A DNA stretch of 64,000 nt from Candidatus Portnoybacteria bacterium RBG_19FT_COMBO_36_7 (GCA_001819495.1 MHMW01000021.1:10706-74705), one strand, 5' to 3'; shown: positions 35,900 through 46,201, counted from the first letter of the stretch. A program made the numbers and translations. The notes: generated by a model not told the origin, from the letters alone.

Positions 35900-36313
35900 T
35901 TAGTTTACCTCTAAAATACTTTTAATTAAAGTGATGAAACCGGCGCCAATCACAATTATCGCCACTCCGACAATCGTATAAGTGATGGCTTTTTTGGCTT
36001 TTTTAATCTTTTCTTCATCGCCGCCGGAAGTCAAAAAGAGAAATCCGGCGTATAAAACCATAATGGCTGCCAAAGGAACCATAATTTTATAAAACCATTC
36101 GGCTATCTTTTTGACTAAACCCTCAAAAGAATCAGTGTTTATGGGATTAGGAATTTCATATTTTCCCGTGCTACCTTGCTGCGCTAAAATAGGCTGCATA
36201 ATTAGTGCGCAGCCAAGTAGAGATAGAAATAATATTATAAAAATTTTTATCGATTTATTCAAATTCATAAAAATTAAATTTTTAATTTTTATCCGCTGCA
36301 TGTAAACTTCCAC
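35900..36313 (-). CDS. TrbC/VirB2-like pilin paralog 3
   Basis: LYAGFLFLTSGGDEEKIKKAKKAITYTIVGVAIIV. Confidence 0.5.
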   Translation of the reverse strand: MEVYMQRIKIKNLIFMNLNKSIKIFIILFLSLLGCALIMQPILAQQGSTGKYEIPNPINTDSFEGLVKKIAEWFYKIMVPLAAIMVLYAGFLFLTSGGDEEKIKKAKKAITYTIVGVAIIVIGAGFITLIKSILEVN

Positions 36314-36768
36314 CAGCTCTGGGGATTAAAGTCCCCGACGCTTTTGCCGATAACCTGAATGATGCTGTTGACAATCAGCCATGAAGCAAAAACAAAAATC
36401 AAGCCGATTACAACATTAATAAATATCTTTTTTGCCTGGGTAACCCTTTCCTCGGATCCGCCCGAAGTAAGAAAAATTGCTCCGGCAAAAACAATCAGAA
36501 GCCCGGCCACCGGCGGCGCCAGTCTGAAGGCAATAAAAGCGAAAATGTTTACGACAAGCGAGAAAAAAGCGCAAAGGTCGCATCCCTTATCGCCACATAC
36601 CGGCACAATCCGACAATTGGTGGTTAATTTAGTCATTACATCTTTGCATTCCGGCGTCTGGGCGTTTGCTAAAGAAGGATATAAAAATAATGAAAATCCG
36701 ATGATCAATAACAATGGCAATATTATAATAATTTTTTTCTTCATTAAGGTCTGCCTCATGAATTTCAA
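36289..36768 (-). CDS. TrbC/VirB2-like pilin paralog 4 with an extra Cys-rich insertion (7 Cys). The probable start is MKKKIIIIL at 36744
   Basis: VFAGAIFLTSGGSEERVTQAKKIFINVVIGLIFV plus TPECKDVMTKLTTNCRIVPVCGDKGCDLCAF. Confidence 0.45.
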   Translation of the reverse strand: MKFMRQTLMKKKIIIILPLLLIIGFSLFLYPSLANAQTPECKDVMTKLTTNCRIVPVCGDKGCDLCAFFSLVVNIFAFIAFRLAPPVAGLLIVFAGAIFLTSGGSEERVTQAKKIFINVVIGLIFVFASWLIVNSIIQVIGKSVGDFNPQSWWKFTCSG

Positions 36769-36782
36769 TTTTATATCTTAAA

Positions 36783-38225
36783 TCATTTCTTTAATTTCTT
36801 CTCGATTAAGTTGCTTACTTGGCTGGCCGCCTGGCTGATTGCCCGCGAAGCTTCCAGCTGTCCGTTATTGACCGCGTTTATCATTTCGTCAAAAATCGCG
36901 GAAATCGCCAGGTTGTCAACCTGATACCAGGAACGAGCTGATAACGATTGCTTGGCATAAACACCAAGCTCAAGGCCTTTTTGCTGATAATCAACCAGGT
37001 CCCGCCGGGCGGTCGGCCGCTCGGTCTTGTCCAGATATTGCTGGGCTTGCGTCTTTTGGGTCAGCCACTTAAGAAAAACCCAGGCGTATGTTTGTTTATT
37101 TGCGTCGGCGCTGGCCGAAACCGTCACCCCCCAATAATTGGGGTATGTCACATCAATTTGCGAGTCTTTGGGCTGGGGAACGGGAGCAATGCCGAATCGC
37201 AGATGCGGCTGCTTGGCTTTGATAGTTGAAATATGAAAAGAATAATTGATCATCATCGCCGATTTTCCCTGCGAAAATGCGTCAATTGAATAATCCAGAT
37301 TGTTATTCCAAGTATAGCTCTTTTTGCTCGGGTCGGCAAAATTTGTGTAAAATTGCAGCGAATTCAAACCCGGCTGATAAAGCTGGCCTTGGGCAAGCAC
37401 TGATTTGGCAAAAGTCGCTTCATCTTTTTTTTCATTGACCATCTCCGCCCCTGTTTGCAACATCAGCATCATCAGGATATCGGAGCCGCGATTGATATTT
37501 TTGACCGTGCCGATGCTGGCACCCGACATTAAAATATTATTGCTCTCATCTTTTTTCGTTAATTTCTCCACTGTCTCATTAAATTCATTCCAGTCTTTGG
37601 GCGGAGTGGATATCCCTGCAGAATTGAATATGTCTTTATTCCAGTAAAGAGCCAGTGTGTCAACAAAAAGTGGCAAAGCATAAATTCTTTCAGGCAAGGC
37701 ATTGCCCTTTTCGTCTGCTCCTCCATAAATAAAATCTTGCGCCGCCACATCAACGAAAGAATCCTTGAATTCTCTGACGGTCAAAGAATCTTCTCCGCTG
37801 TACTTTGAGGCGGACGGAATCGGAGCTGTTTTATCAACGTGCTTTGGCAGCCAGGAATTTTCAATCATAAAAATATCCGGTCCCCTGCCTGCCGCCAAGG
37901 CATCAACTAAATCTCTTTCGTAATCTGCGTAGGTTTTTTTATAATAAGTTATCTTAACTTTTCCGTAAGTCTGGTTAAAACTTTCAATCAGGGGCTTAAA
38001 AGCGTCGGAATCATCAAAAACGCCCCAAAACACAAGCTCTTCCTTTCCTTTTGTCAGGTCTTCTTTGCAGCCTGGCAAAGCAGCGCTTAAGCTCCCCAGA
38101 AGGCTCAATGCCACAACCGGAGCCACAATATTTAAAACAATTTTTTTGTTCGCTGCGTTTTTTTTAATTTTACGGAAAAGTCCCATTTTATTCGTAGTTA
38201 TTCGCGAGCTCGCCCGCCTTGTCAT
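36783..38225 (-). CDS. ABC transporter extracellular solute-binding protein (family 1, sugar/oligosaccharide type), lipoprotein-like
   Basis: N-terminal signal/lipobox-like LSAALPGC; typical SBP length and alternating alpha/beta composition. Confidence 0.65.
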   Translation of the reverse strand: MTRRASSRITTNKMGLFRKIKKNAANKKIVLNIVAPVVALSLLGSLSAALPGCKEDLTKGKEELVFWGVFDDSDAFKPLIESFNQTYGKVKITYYKKTYADYERDLVDALAAGRGPDIFMIENSWLPKHVDKTAPIPSASKYSGEDSLTVREFKDSFVDVAAQDFIYGGADEKGNALPERIYALPLFVDTLALYWNKDIFNSAGISTPPKDWNEFNETVEKLTKKDESNNILMSGASIGTVKNINRGSDILMMLMLQTGAEMVNEKKDEATFAKSVLAQGQLYQPGLNSLQFYTNFADPSKKSYTWNNNLDYSIDAFSQGKSAMMINYSFHISTIKAKQPHLRFGIAPVPQPKDSQIDVTYPNYWGVTVSASADANKQTYAWVFLKWLTQKTQAQQYLDKTERPTARRDLVDYQQKGLELGVYAKQSLSARSWYQVDNLAISAIFDEMINAVNNGQLEASRAISQAASQVSNLIEKKLKK

Positions 38226-38300
38226 CGGAATATCACAAAGACTGGACAGCGAGCAAAATTCGTATTAATTCATAACCCAACTCAGAATACCGCTAATCAT
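38196..38300. repeat. Family-D repeat (attcgcgagctcgcccgcc ... cagaataccgctaat); the second copy is at 43955-44075
   Basis: Shared blocks gagctcgcccgcct and cagaataccgctaat(c/t)at, in the same orientation at both loci. Confidence 0.4.
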
Positions 38301-38842
38301 TAAAATTTTCTGAAAATCAAACCATAATGAAAATTTCCGGCGTCAAATTCTCTGTCAAAAGTGAATTTTTTTTCAGTTGCCGCCTGGCTTGCCTCGCCCT
38401 GCGAAATCCGCCAGCCGCTGTCAGAAGTTAAAGTCTTGCCAGAGGGCTGCCAGTCTATAATCACCATTTTGCCGCCGCTTTTTAAAACCCGCCTGGCTTC
38501 TCTGATAATATCAGCTTTTTTATTGGACTGGAAAAGGACATTTGCCAGTAAAGCCATATCGCATGAATTATCAGGCAGCTTTGAGCCGCCGGGAATTTCC
38601 AGATTCCCGCGCAAAGTTTCAATATTGGCAAGCTCCGCCTGAACCGCTTTTCCTTTCACTTCCTCAAGCGCTTCGTTCAAGATATCTACCGCAAAGACCT
38701 GCCCTTCTTTACCAACCATTTTGGCCAAAGGAATAGAAAAATAGCCGTGGCCGCAGCCAAAATCGGCAATCCTTGAAGGAGTCTGAATTTCAAGCTGATC
38801 TAAAACTTTTTGAGGGTTAAGAAATCCTCCTGTTCCTGCCAT
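38300..38842 (-). CDS. Class I SAM-dependent methyltransferase
   Basis: IADFGCGHGYFSIPLA (motif I), VFAVDI (motif II). Confidence 0.75.
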   Translation of the reverse strand: MAGTGGFLNPQKVLDQLEIQTPSRIADFGCGHGYFSIPLAKMVGKEGQVFAVDILNEALEEVKGKAVQAELANIETLRGNLEIPGGSKLPDNSCDMALLANVLFQSNKKADIIREARRVLKSGGKMVIIDWQPSGKTLTSDSGWRISQGEASQAATEKKFTFDREFDAGNFHYGLIFRKF

Positions 38843-38990
38843 TGTTGTTGAAATTTATGAATGAGGCTCAATGCCGAATGAAATATTTTATAAAAAATTT
38901 ACGAAGTAAATTTTTGAGTGAAGGAACAAAGGTTTTGTTACTAAATTTTCATCTCCGCCCTGGGCGGATCAAAAATTTGGACAAAGCCCT

Positions 38991-41474
38991 TTAGATACAC
39001 GTAATCGTCGCCACTTTGTCGCCTGGCTCAAGCTTCATAATTCTGACTCCCTGAGTGGCGCGGCCGAGAAGAGAAACGCTGGACAAAGCTATCCGGATGG
39101 TCTGGCCTTTATCGGACATAGCAATCAAATCCTGTTCGTCAGGCTCCAAAATCTTTGCTATGACCAGCTTTCCGGTTTTGCTTGTCACCTGTGCCGCTTT
39201 GATGCCTGAACCGCCCCGGTGCTGGACCTTGAATTGTTTGACATCCGTCTTTTTGCCATATCCGTTTTGCGCCACCACGAGCAGCTCCAGTCTTGCATTC
39301 TTAATTTTCCATTTGGCGTCGATTATTTCCATACTGACCAGCTCATCGTCCTTTTTTATTAATATACCCTTCACTCCGGCTGCTGAACGACCCATTGGCC
39401 GTACGTCTTTTTCTTTAAAATGGATGCTTTGACCCTTAGCCGTAACCAAAATTATTTCGTCTTGCCCGCTGGTTGCTCTTGCCCAACGTAATTCATCCCC
39501 CTTTTTTAAAGTAATGGCAATAAGGCCGGAGCGGCGAACATTCGCAAAATCTTCAATCTCTGTTTTTTTAATTATACCATTTTTGGTCGCCATGACCAGA
39601 AAGTTATCCTCAAGGGATTGATTGTTTGCCTGCGAAGTGTTTTTTTTCAGATTTTTGAAAGATTCTTTGGCCGGCACCAGCGCTGTCACCCGTTCGCCCG
39701 GAGCCAACTGCAAGAAATTGACGATTGCCTGGCCTCTGGCCACCCGGCTGCCTTCGCCTATCTCATAGGCCTTTGTCTGGAAAACCCGGCCAGTATTGGT
39801 AAAAAACAGCAGATTGTCATGCGTAGACACAACAGCCAGATATTTCACCGCGTCTTCTTCTCTGGTTGTCATGCCAATCATGCCTTTGCCGCCGCGTTTC
39901 TGGGCTTTATAATTTTTTGGGTTTATCCTTTTGATATAACCGCCCTGCGTCAGGGTTATAATACATTCTTCTTGGGGCACTAAATCTTCTTCTTTGAATT
40001 CTCCGATAGGCGAGACAAAAACTTTTGTTTTTCGTTCATCGCCGTATTTTTCTTTTATCGCCGAAAGTTCATTGCCAATGACTTCCAGCACCTTTCTTGC
40101 GTCTTTCAAAATTGCCTCAAGCTCTTTTATCAATTTTAATTTTTCTTTAAGCTCGTCTTCTATTTTTTGGCGTTCAAGGCCGGCCAGCGCCTGCAGGCGC
40201 ATTTCCAAAATAGCGGAGGCTTGGGCATCGGAAAATTTAAAACGGACGCACAGATTCTTGTGAGCTTCTTCTTTGGTCGCTGATTTTTTAATCGTTGAAA
40301 TTATCGCGTCAATATGGTCAAGCGCTTTTTTCAGGCCTTCCAAAACATGAGCTCGTTCGCGCGCGCGTTTCAGATCAAACTGGGTCCGCCGCGTCACAAC
40401 CTCTTTTCGGTGACTTATATAATGCCCCAGAATATCTTTCAACGGAAGCACCTGGGGCTGCAAGCCGTCGGTCAAAGCCAGCAGATTAAGGTGGAAAGTT
40501 TTTTGCAAGTCGGTTAGTTTATACAGACGATTCAGAATCTTCTGCGGATAGGCTTCTGATTTAAGCTCAATAACAACCCTCATTCCTTCTCTGGAAGATT
40601 CATCCCTGATATCTTTTATCCCTTCAAGTTTTTTCTCTTTTACCAGTTCTGCTATTTTTTCAAGCAAATTGGCTTTGTTGACCTGATAAGGAATCTCGGT
40701 AATCAAAATATAAAAATTACCCTTCTTTGTTTCTTCAACCTTGGCGATACCGCGATTGATGATGCCGCCCTTGCCTGTTGAATATGCCTGAGTGATGGCT
40801 GAGCGGTCGTAGATTGCGCCGCCAGTTGGAAAGTCCGGGCCTTTGATAAATTTCAATAAGTCTTCTGTTGTGGCCTTGGGATGGTCTATTAAATGAACTA
40901 AACCGTCAACCAATTCGGTTAGATTGTGGGGCGGAATGCTGGTAGCCATGCCAACGGCAATGCCCAGAGAGCCGTTCAGCAGAAGCTGAGGTAATCTGGC
41001 CGGAAGAACCGTCGGCTCCTGGCGCGTACCGTCGTAATTGTCTATCCAATTGACAGTGTCTTTATCAATATCAATCAGCATCTCTTCGGCCAACGGAGTC
41101 AGGCGGCATTCGGTATAGCGCATGGCCGCCGGCGCATCACCGTCAATTGAACCAAAATTTCCCTGACCCTGTATCAGGGGGTATCGCATTGAAAAATCCT
41201 GGGCCAGACGGACTAAAGTGTCATAAACCGCCATGTCGCCGTGCGGATGATATTTACCCAATGTTTCTCCGACCACTGTGGCGGATTTTCTCAATTTTGC
41301 ATTTGACCTCAAGCCCATGTCCCACATCGCATACAAAATCCGGCGGTGAACGGGCTTTAATCCGTCTCTTACATCGGGCAGGGCGCGGCCCACGATAACC
41401 GACATCGCATAATCCAGATAGGAATCTTTCAGTTCATCGGTTATTTCTATCGGCTTAATATTTCCTAATTCCAT
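38991..41474 (-). CDS. gyrA: DNA gyrase subunit A
   Basis: AAMRYTECRL (active-site Tyr), HPHGD, C-terminal beta-pinwheel repeats; 827 aa. Confidence 0.9.
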   Translation of the reverse strand: MELGNIKPIEITDELKDSYLDYAMSVIVGRALPDVRDGLKPVHRRILYAMWDMGLRSNAKLRKSATVVGETLGKYHPHGDMAVYDTLVRLAQDFSMRYPLIQGQGNFGSIDGDAPAAMRYTECRLTPLAEEMLIDIDKDTVNWIDNYDGTRQEPTVLPARLPQLLLNGSLGIAVGMATSIPPHNLTELVDGLVHLIDHPKATTEDLLKFIKGPDFPTGGAIYDRSAITQAYSTGKGGIINRGIAKVEETKKGNFYILITEIPYQVNKANLLEKIAELVKEKKLEGIKDIRDESSREGMRVVIELKSEAYPQKILNRLYKLTDLQKTFHLNLLALTDGLQPQVLPLKDILGHYISHRKEVVTRRTQFDLKRARERAHVLEGLKKALDHIDAIISTIKKSATKEEAHKNLCVRFKFSDAQASAILEMRLQALAGLERQKIEDELKEKLKLIKELEAILKDARKVLEVIGNELSAIKEKYGDERKTKVFVSPIGEFKEEDLVPQEECIITLTQGGYIKRINPKNYKAQKRGGKGMIGMTTREEDAVKYLAVVSTHDNLLFFTNTGRVFQTKAYEIGEGSRVARGQAIVNFLQLAPGERVTALVPAKESFKNLKKNTSQANNQSLEDNFLVMATKNGIIKKTEIEDFANVRRSGLIAITLKKGDELRWARATSGQDEIILVTAKGQSIHFKEKDVRPMGRSAAGVKGILIKKDDELVSMEIIDAKWKIKNARLELLVVAQNGYGKKTDVKQFKVQHRGGSGIKAAQVTSKTGKLVIAKILEPDEQDLIAMSDKGQTIRIALSSVSLLGRATQGVRIMKLEPGDKVATITCI

Positions 41475-41487
41475 AAAAATAATTTAT

Positions 41488-41907
41488 TTAAGGCAAAACT
41501 GATGGCGGCACTGTTTTTTCATCACTTGTCTGCGGCACAACTTCTATATTTGTTTCCGGCTCTTTATCTATTTCTTCATTGACCGACTCAAATAATCCTG
41601 AAATGCTGGCTTTCAAGCTCTGCCAGAGACTCGGAATTTCTTCTTTCGCTTCTGAAAAAGATTGGACCTGCTGCTCAAATTGGTACTCGCTCGCCAGGTC
41701 TTTAGCGCTTTGGCCAGAACTTTCAGAACCTATTGTCGCCACCCACAAAATTAAAAAAAAGGTCATAAAAATGGCCACTCCAACCCACATTATTATCACT
41801 CTGACCGGTCGCGGTTTATTTTGAATTTTTTCAAGATAATCGCCTAAGCTCATTGTATTTACTGACCAGATAAGGATTAACGGCAGATAAATTTTTATAA
41901 TCATCAA
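41488..41907 (-). CDS. Hypothetical membrane protein
   Basis: Two TM helices, acidic C-terminus. Confidence 0.4.
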   Translation of the reverse strand: MMIIKIYLPLILIWSVNTMSLGDYLEKIQNKPRPVRVIIMWVGVAIFMTFFLILWVATIGSESSGQSAKDLASEYQFEQQVQSFSEAKEEIPSLWQSLKASISGLFESVNEEIDKEPETNIEVVPQTSDEKTVPPSVLP

Positions 41908-41924
41908 TCTCCGGCCGCCAGTTT

Positions 41925-42599
41925 CTATATTTTCATCACCACTACATCAGGCCCTTCTTCCGGCAGATCTTTTTTCTTAATAGTCAATCTTTCAACTGCC
42001 TCTTTTTTGCTTACACCCATTTCCTCTAAAAAATCTTCCAACCCTTCAAGCTTGATGGCCAGGCCAGGAATTTTGTAATGCATGGGGATAACAATCTTAG
42101 GTTCGATCTGATTAATGATATCAGCCGCCTCTTCTCCGTTAACAGTATAAATGCCGCCTACCGGAATCATCAAAATATCAATACCGTCAATGATTTCTAT
42201 CTGAGTGTTATCCAGCTTAACTTGTCCGATGTCTCCTAAATGACATATTTTTATGCCTTCCATTTCAATCACATAAGAAGTGCTTTTACCTCGTTCTTTT
42301 CCTTCTTTTTGATCATGAAAAGTTTCAAGACCAATGATATTAACGCCTTTTACTTCATACTCTCCTGGTCCCTCAATAACAAGAGGATTTGAGGCGGCCA
42401 GCGCTTCCATATTATTATGGTCGTAATGCTGATGGGAAATAGTAACGATATTTGCCTGGCCGCGAGGCGGAGTAAGGCCAATCCCTTTATCAAAAGGGTC
42501 GGTCACCAAAACCGTTTCTCCGCTCTGTATTTTGAAACAAGATTGTCCGTACCAAGTAATGACCATAGAAAACCAAAATATCAATTGCCCAATGGACAA
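41925..42599 (-). CDS. MBL-fold metallo-hydrolase
   Basis: TISHQHYDHN (HxHxDH motif). Confidence 0.75.
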   Translation of the reverse strand: MSIGQLIFWFSMVITWYGQSCFKIQSGETVLVTDPFDKGIGLTPPRGQANIVTISHQHYDHNNMEALAASNPLVIEGPGEYEVKGVNIIGLETFHDQKEGKERGKSTSYVIEMEGIKICHLGDIGQVKLDNTQIEIIDGIDILMIPVGGIYTVNGEEAADIINQIEPKIVIPMHYKIPGLAIKLEGLEDFLEEMGVSKKEAVERLTIKKKDLPEEGPDVVVMKI

Positions 42600-42761
42600 T
42601 TGGCTGATTAATTATATTTTCACTATTTAATCCTATCATAAATAACAGCTCCTGCCAATACCAAAATCATACACAAGCTATTGCAAATTTTTAAAAAACA
42701 AGCTATATTATATCTGCTAGCAATCGGCAAAAAACGCTGAACGCTTTATTAATAATTAAAT

Positions 42762-43940
42762 ATGAAAAAAATAGAGAAAGAAACACCAATGAATAATCTT
42801 CTGTTAAAATCCCCTGTTTTGCCAAAGATTAATCAGATTGTTTCGGGCACGGTCATTGAAATCGGCAAAAATACAATATTTATTGACCTGGGCGCTTTTG
42901 GCACCGGCGTAATTTTGGGCCGCGAAATTAAAGAGAACCAACAGATAATAAAAAGCTTAAAAATGGACGAAGAAATCAGTGCTATGATTGTTGAGCTGGA
43001 AAACGACGACGGGTTCATTGAATTGTCTTTAAAAGCCGCCAACAAACAGAATACTTGGGAGCAATTAAACGAACTTATGCAAAAAATGGAGCCGATTTCC
43101 ACCAAAATAATAAAAGCCAACAAGGGCGGATTAATAGTTGAACTAAAAGGCGTTCAGGGCTTTCTTCCTGTTTCCCAGCTTTCCTACGAACATTATCCTC
43201 GGGTTGAGGACGCGGACAAAATGAAAATATTGAGCGAACTTAATAAATTCGTCGGAAAAGAACTCGCTGTCAGAATAATTGATTTATCGCAGGAACAACA
43301 AAAATTGATAGTATCGGAAAAAGCTCTGCAGGAAATCAAACTTAAAGAAGTGCTAAAAAATTTCCAGGTTGGCGACATGGTAAAAGGCGTAATTTCGGGA
43401 GTGGTTGATTTTGGCGCTTTTGTCAGAATTAATTTGCCCAAGGCCCAAGAGCAAAAAAGCACAGAAGCAGAAATTGAAACCGAGCACTCTTCCAAATCTG
43501 ACGTTATCGAAGGCTTGATTCATATTTCCGAAATTGACTGGCAGCTCATCGACGACCCGCGTGAATTCTTAAAGGTTGACCAGGAAATCCAGGCAAAAAT
43601 CATCGGCATTGAAGGCGACCGACTATCTCTTTCCTTGAAAGCTCTTAAAAAAGACCCTTGGATGGAAATTGATGAAAAATATAAAAAAGAACAGACAGTC
43701 AAAGGCCAAGTGACCAAGTTTAATCCGTTCGGCGCCTTTGTTCAGCTGGATAAAGACATCCATGGTTTGGTTCATGTCTCTGAATTCGGCAACGAAACCA
43801 CTATGAAACAAGCGCTTGAAATAGCCAAAGAATACGAATTCAAAATTCTCTCAATAGAACCCAAGGTCCATAAAATGGCATTGGGCCTCATTAAACCAGA
43901 AGCTCAAAAAAAAGAGACAAAAACAGAAGAACAAAAATAA
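42762..43940 (+). CDS. rpsA: 30S ribosomal protein S1 (four S1 domains)
   Basis: Repeated S1-domain pattern G..V.G.V..I...GAFV.L; a sigma-70-like promoter (ttgcaa-17-tatatt) lies about 60 nt upstream. Confidence 0.8.
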   Translation: MKKIEKETPMNNLLLKSPVLPKINQIVSGTVIEIGKNTIFIDLGAFGTGVILGREIKENQQIIKSLKMDEEISAMIVELENDDGFIELSLKAANKQNTWEQLNELMQKMEPISTKIIKANKGGLIVELKGVQGFLPVSQLSYEHYPRVEDADKMKILSELNKFVGKELAVRIIDLSQEQQKLIVSEKALQEIKLKEVLKNFQVGDMVKGVISGVVDFGAFVRINLPKAQEQKSTEAEIETEHSSKSDVIEGLIHISEIDWQLIDDPREFLKVDQEIQAKIIGIEGDRLSLSLKALKKDPWMEIDEKYKKEQTVKGQVTKFNPFGAFVQLDKDIHGLVHVSEFGNETTMKQALEIAKEYEFKILSIEPKVHKMALGLIKPEAQKKETKTEEQK

Positions 43941-43954
43941 CATTGGAATACGAA

Positions 43955-44075
43955 ACCTGTGTATTCGTATATATTCGTGAGCTCGCCCGCCTCGCTGCTG
44001 GAACATCGAAAAATCTTGATGGAGACCAAAATCTATATTAATCAATAGCTCAAAACAGAATACCGCTAATTATGA
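43955..44075. repeat. Family-D repeat copy overlapping the ftsH 5' UTR and start codon
   Basis: attcgtgagctcgcccgcctcgctgc ... aacagaataccgctaattATG. Confidence 0.4.
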
Positions 44076-45898
44076 AAAACCTAGCCAAAAATATATTCAT
44101 TATATTAATCATTTTTCTTGCCATATCACTGATTTTTTCGCTTTTCTCCGGACAAAGCCAGGAATTAAAAGGCGTTACTTTAACCGGATTGGTTCAGCAA
44201 ATTAATGAAGAACAGGTGTCCAAAATAGTGATAAAAGGTCAAGATGTCAATATCACGCTCAGAGACGGCACATTCGAAAAAACCACCAAGGAAGACGCAG
44301 CTCCTTTAAGCACGACATTAAAGGATCTGGGAGCCGACCCTTCAAAGATCCAAGCAGTGCCAATCGAGGTTTCGCAGGAATCAGTTCTGTCATACTGGCT
44401 GATAAACTTACTGCCGTTTTTGCTTCCTTTAATCTTTATCGGCCTTTTCCTCTGGTTCATGCTTCGCCAAGCCCAGCGCGGCGCCAACCAAGCCTTTGGC
44501 TTTACACGCTCTCTGGTCAGAATGCTTTCTCCCCAAGACAAAAAGAACCAGCGCACCACATTCAAAGATGTGGCTGGCCTGCAGGAAGCAAAAGACGAGC
44601 TAAAAGAAGTCGTTGAGTTCTTAAAACAGCCGGAAAAATTTAAAGCAGTCGGCGCCCGCATTCCCAAAGGCGTTCTCCTTGTCGGGCCGCCCGGCACGGG
44701 AAAAACTCTTCTGGCTCGGGCGGTTTCGGGCGAAGCCAATGTTCCATTTTTCCATATTTCTGGTTCGGAATTTGTAGAGCTTTTTGTCGGAGTCGGCGCT
44801 TCTCGCGTCCGCGACACTTTTGCCCAAGCTAAAAAAACAGCGCCTGCGATTTTATTCGTTGACGAACTTGACGCCATCGGCCGCCACCGGGGAGCCGGCC
44901 TGGGCGGCGGGCATGATGAAAGAGAACAAACATTAAATCAAATCCTGGTTGAGATGGACGGCTTTGAACCAGATACCAGAGTAATCGTTATTTCAGCCAC
45001 CAACCGTCCTGATATTCTGGACCCGGCACTTTTAAGACCTGGCAGATTTGACCGCAGAATAATTCTCGATCTGCCCGATATTAACGATCGCGAACAAATC
45101 TTAAAAATCCACGCCAAAGGCAAGCCGCTGGCAAAAAAAATTGATTTGCGCCAGATTGCCGAGCGGACGCCGGGCTTTTCGGGCGCCGACCTTTCAAATC
45201 TGATGAACGAAGCGGCTATCTTTGCGGCCAGAAGGAACAAAAAAGAAGTTTCCATGGAAGAGCTCATCCCTTCGGTTGAAAAAGTTCTGCTCGGCCCGGA
45301 AAGAAAAAGTCATATCTTGTCTGATAAAGAAAAAAAAATAGCGGCTTGGCACGAAGCCGGACACGCGCTGGTCAATGCTTCCCTCCCCCATACCGACCCG
45401 GTCAGAAAAGTTTCAATTATTGCCAGAGGTCGCGCTGCCGGATATACCTTAAAATTACCGACCCAGGACAGACATTTAACAAGTAAAACAGAATTCGTTG
45501 AAGAGCTGGCGGTTTTGATGGGCGGCTACGCAACTGAAAAGCTGGTTTTCGGCGAAATGACCACTGGTTCTTCCAATGATCTGGAACAAGCAACAGACCT
45601 GGCTAGAAAACTTGTCACCAGATTTGGCATGAGCGATAAGCTCGGCCCGCGCACTTTCGGCGAACAGGAAGAACTGATATTTTTAGGCAAGGAAATAGTA
45701 ACGGAAAAAGATTATTCGGAAAAAATCGCCGCCCAAATTGACGAGGAAGTAACCAAATTCATTACCGATGCCCAAAAAACCGCCCAAAATATCGTCACAG
45801 AAAAAAGAGCTTTGCTGGACAGAATCGCCGAACGCCTGATTGAAAAAGAAACAATTGAAAAAGAAGAATTTGAAAAAATAATGGCGGGTGAAGCATAA
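44072..45898 (+). CDS. ftsH: ATP-dependent zinc metalloprotease FtsH
   Basis: [13 protein letters not shown] (Walker A), second region of homology, HEAGHAL (zinc site). Confidence 0.9.
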   Translation: MKNLAKNIFIILIIFLAISLIFSLFSGQSQELKGVTLTGLVQQINEEQVSKIVIKGQDVNITLRDGTFEKTTKEDAAPLSTTLKDLGADPSKIQAVPIEVSQESVLSYWLINLLPFLLPLIFIGLFLWFMLRQAQRGANQAFGFTRSLVRMLSPQDKKNQRTTFKDVAGLQEAKDELKEVVEFLKQPEKFKAVGARIPKGVLLVGPPGTGKTLLARAVSGEANVPFFHISGSEFVELFVGVGASRVRDTFAQAKKTAPAILFVDELDAIGRHRGAGLGGGHDEREQTLNQILVEMDGFEPDTRVIVISATNRPDILDPALLRPGRFDRRIILDLPDINDREQILKIHAKGKPLAKKIDLRQIAERTPGFSGADLSNLMNEAAIFAARRNKKEVSMEELIPSVEKVLLGPERKSHILSDKEKKIAAWHEAGHALVNASLPHTDPVRKVSIIARGRAAGYTLKLPTQDRHLTSKTEFVEELAVLMGGYATEKLVFGEMTTGSSNDLEQATDLARKLVTRFGMSDKLGPRTFGEQEELIFLGKEIVTEKDYSEKIAAQIDEEVTKFITDAQKTAQNIVTEKRALLDRIAERLIEKETIEKEEFEKIMAGEA

Positions 45899-45938
45899 AG
45901 AAGGGTTTAAATTTTTTTCCTAACTTGAGCGCGCCTCT

Positions 45939-45967
45939 CTTGAAAAGGTGCGTTCTTATTTATATAC
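45939..45967 (+). promoter_or_regulatory. Sigma-70-like promoter for the tRNA cluster
   Basis: ttgaaa - 17 nt - tatact. Confidence 0.4.
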
Positions 45968-46007
45968 TGATTATAAAAGAAGTAAATCAGCAACCCTGCT
46001 AAATTTT

Positions 46008-46049
46008 GGGCGCGTAGCTCAGCGGTTAGAGCACCGCCCTTACCCGCCT
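46008..46049 (+). other. tRNA 5'-half-like fragment (acceptor plus D arm) directly upstream of tRNA-Ile. It cannot be folded into a complete cloverleaf
   Basis: GGGCGCGTAGCTCAGCGGTTAGAGCAC resembles the 5' half of the following tRNA (GCGCCCGTAGCTCAGTGGTAGAGCAC). Confidence 0.4.
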
Positions 46050-46059
46050 GCCAAAGCCT

Positions 46060-46131
46060 GCGCCCGTAGCTCAGTGGTAGAGCACGACTCTTATAAAGTC
46101 GGGGTCCTTGGTCCGATCCCAAGCGGGCGCA
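46060..46131 (+). tRNA. tRNA-Ile (anticodon TAT as encoded). An unusual UAU isoacceptor if unmodified
   Basis: GCGCCCG-TA-GCTC-AGTGGTA-GAGC-A-CGACT-CTTATAA-AGTCG-GGGTC-CTTGG-TCCGATC-CCAAG-CGGGCGC-A; 72 nt. Confidence 0.55.
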
Positions 46132-46201
46132 CTAAAATAGCCTAAAGCATATGGCTTATAGCACATAATCCGCTAAAAGCTATCTGCCAAAAGCTATTAT
46201 C

